A stretch of DNA of 64,000 bases, taken from assembly GCA_963705165.1 (NCBI GenBank), contig CAVPJD010000017.1:32593-96592 (forward strand). Reading direction: 5' to 3'. Numbering within the stretch: the stretch's first letter is position 1; the number at the start of each line of letters is the position of its first letter. Below are positions 57,252 to 64,000 of the stretch, piece by piece. A program made the position numbers and the translations under genes. Below the pieces are notes generated by a model. The model was not told the DNA's origin, did no database searches, and was given only the letters and a program-made list of their open reading frames with translations. This DNA is from an uncultured delta proteobacterium. GTDB taxonomy: Bacteria; Desulfobacterota; Syntrophia; Syntrophales; UBA2192.

Positions 57252-60200
57252 TTACAATGCCCTTGCCACGAGACCCTCCGAGAGGGCCTCGATGAGGCCG
57301 CGCGCGGGCCGGTCGCGGAAAATGCCGGTATCGGGACCCTTTGCGGGGTCCACTCCGCGAAGGAAAACGTAGAAGGCCCCGCCGAAATGCCTGTCGTAAT
57401 CATAGTCCTTCACCCGGCTCTTCAGGTACTCGTGCAGCGCCACCGCGTAGAGGTGGTACTGGAGCACGTAGAGCCCGTCCCCCATCGCGGCCGCCAGGGC
57501 CTCCGGGCCATAGTCCTCGGGGCGGCTTCCCAGGTAATTCGATTTCCAGTCGACGAGGTAGAACCGATCGCCGTGCTCGAACACGAGGTCGATATAGCCT
57601 CTCATGAAGCCCTCGACCGGCTGGAAACGGAGCGAGCCGATCCGCTGCGGGACGTCGTCCGCAACACATCCCGCACCGGAGAAGAGCGCCCGGAGCTTCT
57701 CAGGGGTAAGGGCCTTGAGGGGGAAGTAGAAGGAGAGCTCGTGCAGGCATCTCTCACGCCCGAGGCCCGAGAGCCTTATGCCGCTGCCCCGATCCAGGGG
57801 CGCCTCCAGCACGCGGCCGATCATGTCGCACAGGGTGTCGCACCAGCTCTGCTCATAGCCGTACTCCGCAAGCGCCGCGCCCACGACCTGCGCAACGGCG
57901 CCCCGTTCGGCGCAGGCGAAATCGAGGCGCTCGAAAATAGCGTGGAGGCACTTTCCTGCCCTCGGCCCGCGGGGAAAGGCAAAGATGCCCGACAGGCTTC
58001 GCCGGCTCCCCCGCTGCCCGGCCGGGTGTCCGTTCGTCGTGGTCGGGAAGCTCCGAGAGGCCCTCGCCCGCCGCAGCTCCCCGGTCCGCCTCCTCGACAA
58101 GGGAGGAGAAGCTTGCGATCTCGAAGGCGCGCCCCACCTCCCGGCGAAACTCCCGCGCCTCGAGAGGACCTGTCTCGCCTGCATAGGGCTCGATCAAGGG
58201 AGCCGGCCCCTCGGGAAGCAGGCTGAACTCGACGGCCCCGGCCGAGGCCGAGGCGATTCCCTCCAGGTCCCGCCGCAGGCTGTCTTCGTCCATCGCCAAG
58301 ACACGGGCCGCCGTTTCGTCGACAACGGATTCCAGGCTTACCCTCCGGCGGGTGGAGGATGTAGGCAAGCGACGAGGTCTGCGCCTTGTTGATGGGCCCC
58401 CAGACGAGATAGCAGCGGTTTTTCGCCCGCGTGACGGATACGTAGAGCAGGCGGACATTCTCGGCGAGCTGCTCGCGCTCCGCCGCCCGGCGGGCTTCCT
58501 CCCCGACGGACTCCAGGGCCACGTTGAGCCGCCAGCCGTCCGCCTCGTCGTGGAAGCTGTAGACATCGCTGCCCGCGCGGGAGGGCCCCCAGTTGAAGGG
58601 GCAGAAGACGACGGGGTATTCGAGCCCCTTGCTCTTGTGGATCGTAACGACCTTCACGGCGTCGGCGTCGCTCTCGAGCCGAAGCTGATGCTCCTCCCGC
58701 CTCGGGGTCTCTTCGTCCCGATTGGCTGCCAGCCACTGGATGAGCCCGCCCATGCCGGAGCGCCGGCGCATCTCCTCGCCGTGGAGCACCTCGGCCAGGT
58801 GCAGGACGTTCGTCAGGCGGCGCTCGCCGCCGGGAAGCGAAAGAAGGCGCGGGCGCACCTGCTCGGCCGCCATGAGCTCCCGGAACATGCGGACAAACCC
58901 GTGGCGCTCCCAGGTTTCTCGCCAGTCGTGGAAACGCCGGAGCCGATCTTCCCAGGCCCGGGCATCCCCCATGAGCCCGTCGATCGCGGCGCCGTCAAGG
59001 CCCAGAAGGTCGGTAACGAGGGCCGTCCGCACGGCCGTCTCCTCGTTGGGCTGCGCGACGCCCCGCAGCAAAAGCTCCATCTGCCGCGCCTCCTGAGTGT
59101 CGAAGAGATTCCCCGTCGTGTAGACGACGCTGTGGACGCCGAGATCCGTGAGGGCCTCCTGCGTGAGCAGGGCCTCGCGGTTCGTCCGGACCAGCACGGC
59201 CACGTCCGCCTCGCGGAGCAACGCGTCGCCGATGCGGGCCTCGCCGCGCCGCCCCGCCTCGACAAGCCGGGCGATCTCGGCGGCCACGGCGCGACGGATC
59301 CGCTCGCGTGCATCCGCCACGTTGACGGTCCCGCCGCCCCCGTCGAGGGCCCACAGACGCAGGGGCGCCTCGCGCCGCCCGCCCAAGGTCAGCACGGGGG
59401 CCTCGCGCCCGGCGGCCTGCGCCTTCTCGAAGGGTACGGCCTCGTAGAGGAAGGCGTGCTTCGGGCGGGAAAAGAGGGTGTTGACGGCGCGGATCAGCGC
59501 CGGCTCCGAGCGCCAGTTCTCGGCCAGCGTGTAGCGCCTCTGCACATAAGAGGCGGCCCGGATGTAGGCGAAAAGATCTGCCCCCCGGAAGCTGTAGATG
59601 GCCTGTTTGGGGTCGCCGATCAGAAAGAGGGTCGTCCCCCCCTGCCCGAAGACGGACTCGAAGATGGCGAACTGCACGGGGTCCGTATCCTGGAACTCGT
59701 CGATCAGGGCGGCCCGGTATTTTTTCCGGATGGCCCCCGAGAGGGCGCCGCCCCCCTCGGAGACGAGCGCCTTGCGGAGATCGGCCAGCAAATCGTCGTA
59801 GGACCGGAGGTTGCGCCGCCGCTTTCGCGAGGCAAGCTCCTGCCGGACATACCGGAACAGCTCGCATCGCAGGAAGCGGATCTGCCCGTCCATCTCGGCG
59901 ATAAGCGCCTGCGCCGCCGATTCGAAATCCCGAAAGCGATCGAAAAAACGGTGCGTCGGGGCGACGTGGCCCTTCTTTGCGGCCTTGGCCAGGGCCCCGG
60001 GGCTGAATTTGAGCAGCTCCTTCGACAGGGGAAGTGACGCCCAGGGGCGAGCGATGAAGGCGTCCATGGCCGAAAGGAGCCGCTCCGGCCTTCCGTACTG
60101 TACTTTGCTCAGGGCCTCAGCACGCAAGGCGGCTTCGACACCGGTGCGGCTCTCTGGCCAGGACTCCCGAAGGCCGGCAGCGGCGGCCCGCACCGCCTCG

Positions 60201-60835
60201 AGGCCGCTCAAGGCGGCCGGGGGCGCCTCGGGAACGATCCTGGAGTCGGGCCTCAGCGGCGCCGCGCGAAGCAGTTCGAGAAACGAGGCAGGGCCCCTGC
60301 AGCGGCCGCGGGCGTAGTGGACGAATTCGTGGGGCGCTTCATAGAAGTGCCGGCGCCAGAAATCGCGGACGATCTCCTCCCGGAGCCCTCGCTCGTCGGG
60401 CAGCAGCTCCGTGTCGAAGGGGCTCCCGCTCTCGAAGGCGTTCTCGGAGAGCATCCGCTGGCAGAAGGAGTGGATCGTGAAGATGGGGGTCTCGTCGAAG
60501 CTCCTCAGCGCCTCCCGCAGCCGCGCCCGCGCGTCCTTCCGGTCGCCAATCCCGCCGACGAGATCCTCGATGAAGGGCTCCGTCGCGCCTGCGCCGTTCA
60601 AGACATCGAGGGCGGCCCGGATTTTCCCCCGGATCCGGTCGCGCAACTCCTCCGTGGCCGCCACGGTGTAGGTCACGACGAGGATCTCGGCGGGCGCCAG
60701 GTGCTTCTCGAGAAGCAGGCGCAGGAAGAGGCCCGCGATCGCGTAGGTCTTCCCCGTTCCGGCGCTCGCCTCGATGAGGTTTGTCCCGTCGAGCGGGCTT
60801 GCCAGCAGATCGAAGCGGGGCCAGGCTTCCGGCAT
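57252..60835 (-). CDS. recB: Exodeoxyribonuclease V beta subunit RecB; frameshifts at ~58000-58350
   Basis: IEASAGTGKT, IDEFQDTD, IGDPKQAIY.FRGAD, TIHKSKGLEY, LYVSVTRA, nuclease GYIDLVF...DWKSN. Confidence 0.95.
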
Positions 60836-60836
60836 G

Positions 60837-63800
60837 TCAGCCCTCCTCCCCTGCCCGCTCCAGGAGCGGCTTCAGGATCGCGGTTGCAAGCTCTACGAAC
60901 TCGCCGTCGAGGGGATCCTGCCCGTCAAAACACAGCCGGTAATAGGGGTCGTCCCCCTCGGCAAATCCGCAATCCGACGTCCATTTGCTGCGGGCGGCCC
61001 TCAGGGCTTCCTCGCCGGTCTTTCCCTTGCGCAGGGCCTCCGCGTAGGCCCGCGCGGTATCGGGAAAGAAATGCAGGGGCCTCGTGAGCCCTCTCCAGTA
61101 GATCTCGAGCAGCCCCAGGAGGATGCTTTCCGCATCGGCGACAGGCCCGAGGACGTAGCCCCCGTCCTGACCGATGATCACGCAGCGGCCGGGATAACGG
61201 CCGGAGCCCCCGGCGCTGAGCGCCAGGTGATGGATCCACGAGCGAAGCAGGTCCTTCGCCTTGACGGACGCATACCGGTAATGGACAAGGGCCGAGGGCG
61301 ATCCGAGCTGCAGCCTGCCCGTGAGCCTGAAGGGCCCGAGCGCGCAATCGAGGTCGACCGCCCCGAGGGGCTCTCCCAACAGATGCGGCCTCAGGCGGGA
61401 GGCGAAGGCTTCGACGCCCTCGCAGATCTCCTGGAACCCGCACTCCCCCGGGGTCCCCGGCGGCAGGCTTCCCAGGGCCCTCGCGGCGGGCAGCAGATCC
61501 CTCGCCTCGAGCCCTTCGAGGCATCGCGCCGCGAGCCGCTCGCCCAGTTCGTAGCTCTCGAGGCCTTCGAGGCTCATGGGCTCCACGTCGTCGAGAAACG
61601 CCCCGGCCTCTTCGAGGCGGATGCCCAGCCTGCGGTTGAGCAGCCAGCGGGCGGGGTTGGCGTAGAACCGGACGAGGGCCTGCACGTCGATGCTTCGCCA
61701 CGCAGGCTGCGGCTCGGGGAGGTTTGAGGAAATGAAGGGCGGTTTCTCCCTGCGGCCGGCAACGGCCGAAAGGGCCGCCGCAGCATTCTCAGCGGAGTAG
61801 CTGAAAAGCCTCTCCCCGCGGAAGTACCCGGGGCTGAAGGCCTGCAGGCGATGCTTGGTGACGATGGCGTCGCCGATGTCCCTCCCGGGCGTCTCGAAGC
61901 CCTGCTCGATCGCGTCGAGCAGCTCGCTCACCAGGACCGAGGGCGGCCGCACGCTGTTGTCCTGGATGCTCTGCCCCGCGTAGCTGATGTAGAACGTCCG
62001 GCGGGCGGAGAGCAGCGCCTCGAGAAAGAGGTACCGGTCGTCGAGCCTGCGCGATCGATCGCCGGGCCGGGGGCGCTCCTTCATCAGATCGAATCCCGGC
62101 ACCCGGGTCTGCCGCGGGTAGGCGCCGTCGTCGAGGCCGATGAGGCAGATCACCCGAAAGGGGATGCTCCGCATGGGGAGCATGGCGCAGAAGGTGATGC
62201 CGCCCGTGATGAAGCCGAAACCGAGCCCCACCTCCCGGAGCGCCTCTTCGAGATGGGCTTTCAGGACGCCGGCGCCTAGCCGTTCATCAAACCCGGACTG
62301 CGATTGCAAAAGGGCCATGTCGGCCAGCGCCCGGCGCAGGGCCTGCAGATCCTCTTCCTCTTCCCCGTCGGCGAGGAAAAAGGTGTCGAGGGCGGCGCCG
62401 AGGTGGGATGCCCAGCCCGCGAGGTCCCGCGTTTCCTCCAGGGATGCTGCGAAGGGAAAGAGCTTCTCCACAAAGCTCAGGAAGGACCCGAGGACGGACG
62501 CCTCCCCTTCGGCAACGTCCTCGTGGGGCAGAATGCCCATGAAGAGCTCTTCGCCCCGGCCCGCCAGGGCGTAACCGAGCAGCAGCCGGTCGAGACCCGC
62601 CTGCCAGGTATTCTCCGAGAAGCCGGGAAGACCCTCGCGACAGCGGCTCGACCCGTCGATCCCCCACCGGATGCCGGTGTCGCGGATCCACCGGTGGATG
62701 AGCACCAGATCGTCCGCCCCGAGGGAGAAGCGCCTTCGCAGGGCATCCGTGTCGAGAAAGGCGGCGATTTCCGTGGCGCCCATGCGGCTCCCCTCGAGAT
62801 CGAGAAGCCGCAGGAAGGTGTCCACGAGGACGCTCTCCCTGCACACGCCGCGGTCGGCAACACTGAAGGGGATCCTGCGCCTCTCGCCGCGGGGAAGCGA
62901 AAAGACGGCCTCGATGAAGGGGGCATAGGTCTCGATCTCGGGCGTCATGACGAGGATGTCGGCCGGGGTGAGCGACGGGTCGCGCTCGAGCAGGTCGAGG
63001 ATCCGGTCCTGCAGGACCTCCACCTCCCGCATGGGACTGTGGCAGGAGTGGACCTGGATCGAGTCGTCGTCAACGGCTAGGGCCGTCCGGATGCCGTCTG
63101 CTCCCCGGTCGCGAAGGTTGAGGATATCCGACTGGATGCAGGCCAGGAGGCTCGCCTCTCCGGGTTGGGCCGAGAAATCCGCTTCCTCGCAGCCCGTGTC
63201 ATAAACCATCCGGAGGAAGTCCCGGCCCAGGGACCCCATGGAGGCGAGCAGGCTGTTGCCCCTTTCCAGGTGGAGGGTTTCATCGGAGCGGGCCGTCCCG
63301 AGCCGATCGACAAGCCTTCGCATCTCGCGGTCGGAGTAGATGAGGTACCAGTACTCCCGGCAGGGGTTCAGGACGAAGAGGTTCACGTCGATTGAGCGGG
63401 AGACGGCGTCGAGGAGCTGGAGGTGGTAGGGCGGCAGGGCCGAGATGCCGAAGACGGAGATCCGCCCGGGAAGGCTCACCCCTTCGGGCAGGCCCCCCTG
63501 CAGCCGGGCAAGGGCTTCCTTCCAGCGCGCCGCCCGGTGAGCGGCGGTGCTTCCCGCCGCGAGCCGCCGCCAGAGGGTTGCCTGCCAGTGGCGCTCCCTG
63601 CCCGCTTCCAGCCGAGCACCATGTCGGGCCGGTAGACGAGATACTGGTCGAAGAGGCGGCCGATATTCCGGCAGAGTTGGTAGCGCTTGAGGCCCCGGCC
63701 GTCATCGGCGAGGTATTCCTTCAGGGGCTCGAAGCCTTCCCCGTCCAGGCAGCCGGGCAGCGGACCCATGATCCGCCAGGTGAGCACTTCCGCGTCGAAG

Positions 63801-64000
63801 GCCGGGGAGCCGGCCCGATCGGGCAGAACGGCGCGGAAGAGCTCCTCGACGAAGTGGTTGGGGAAGGGGAAACGGATGTTGGCGCAGATCCCGAGGCGCC
63901 GGGCCATCTCCAGGGAGAGTCACCGCTCCATGCCGCGGCTCTGGACCAGGATGATCTCCGGGACCGTGGGCGAGACCAACGGCTGTCGCAGGATCTCCGA
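60837..64000 (-). CDS. recC: Exodeoxyribonuclease V gamma subunit RecC; 5' end outside the window, frameshifts at ~63480-63920
   Basis: GICANIRFPFP, LFDQYLVYRPD, NPCREYW, CHSPMREVEVL, PMRSIPFRVICL, DDRYLFLEAL. Confidence 0.93.

Noticed and set aside
55370..64000. recBCD as true pseudogenes or programmed frameshifts
   Set aside because: Catalytic motifs are intact, breaks are scattered single-base indels, and the same pattern affects unrelated genes.

Overview
GC-rich bacterial chromosome segment. Gene content (aldehyde:ferredoxin oxidoreductase, 2-oxoacid:ferredoxin oxidoreductase, non-decarboxylating glutaryl-CoA dehydrogenase, Na+-pumping decarboxylase, RecBCD, sigma54 promoters) points to an anaerobe of the Desulfobacterota/Syntrophales type (inference). 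About ten genes, including recBCD, are broken by 1-bp indels, which looks like uncorrected long-read error rather than decay. From left to right: the end of a metallophosphoesterase-like gene; a six-gene operon (four uncharacterised proteins, one a 1183-aa PKD protein, plus a polyprenyl synthetase and IspH) flanked by two ~225-bp copies of one gene's 3' end; cheD-like + HDOD; AEC transporter; Fe-ADH/SCP2/AOR/Old Yellow Enzyme; a lower-GC islet with an ABC binding protein and an ArsR unit; SGNH + pgaABCD; thioesterases, amidase and a LarA-like gene; a divergent GntR/TRAP-TAXI/aminotransferase and dehydrogenase/OFOR/glutaryl-CoA/decarboxylase catabolic locus; MFS; a roadblock pair; a hydrolase; recD, recB and partial recC. 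Top candidates for novelty: (1) an ArsR regulator with an in-frame UGA followed by a SECIS-like hairpin (probable selenocysteine sensor) and its small Met/Cys-rich plus methyltransferase regulon; (2) the isoprenoid-linked PKD operon; (3) a probable anaerobic 2-aminoadipate/2-oxoadipate to glutaryl-CoA pathway. No rRNA, tRNA, CRISPR array, integrase or transposase was recognised. All family assignments come from motifs read by eye; no database search was run.
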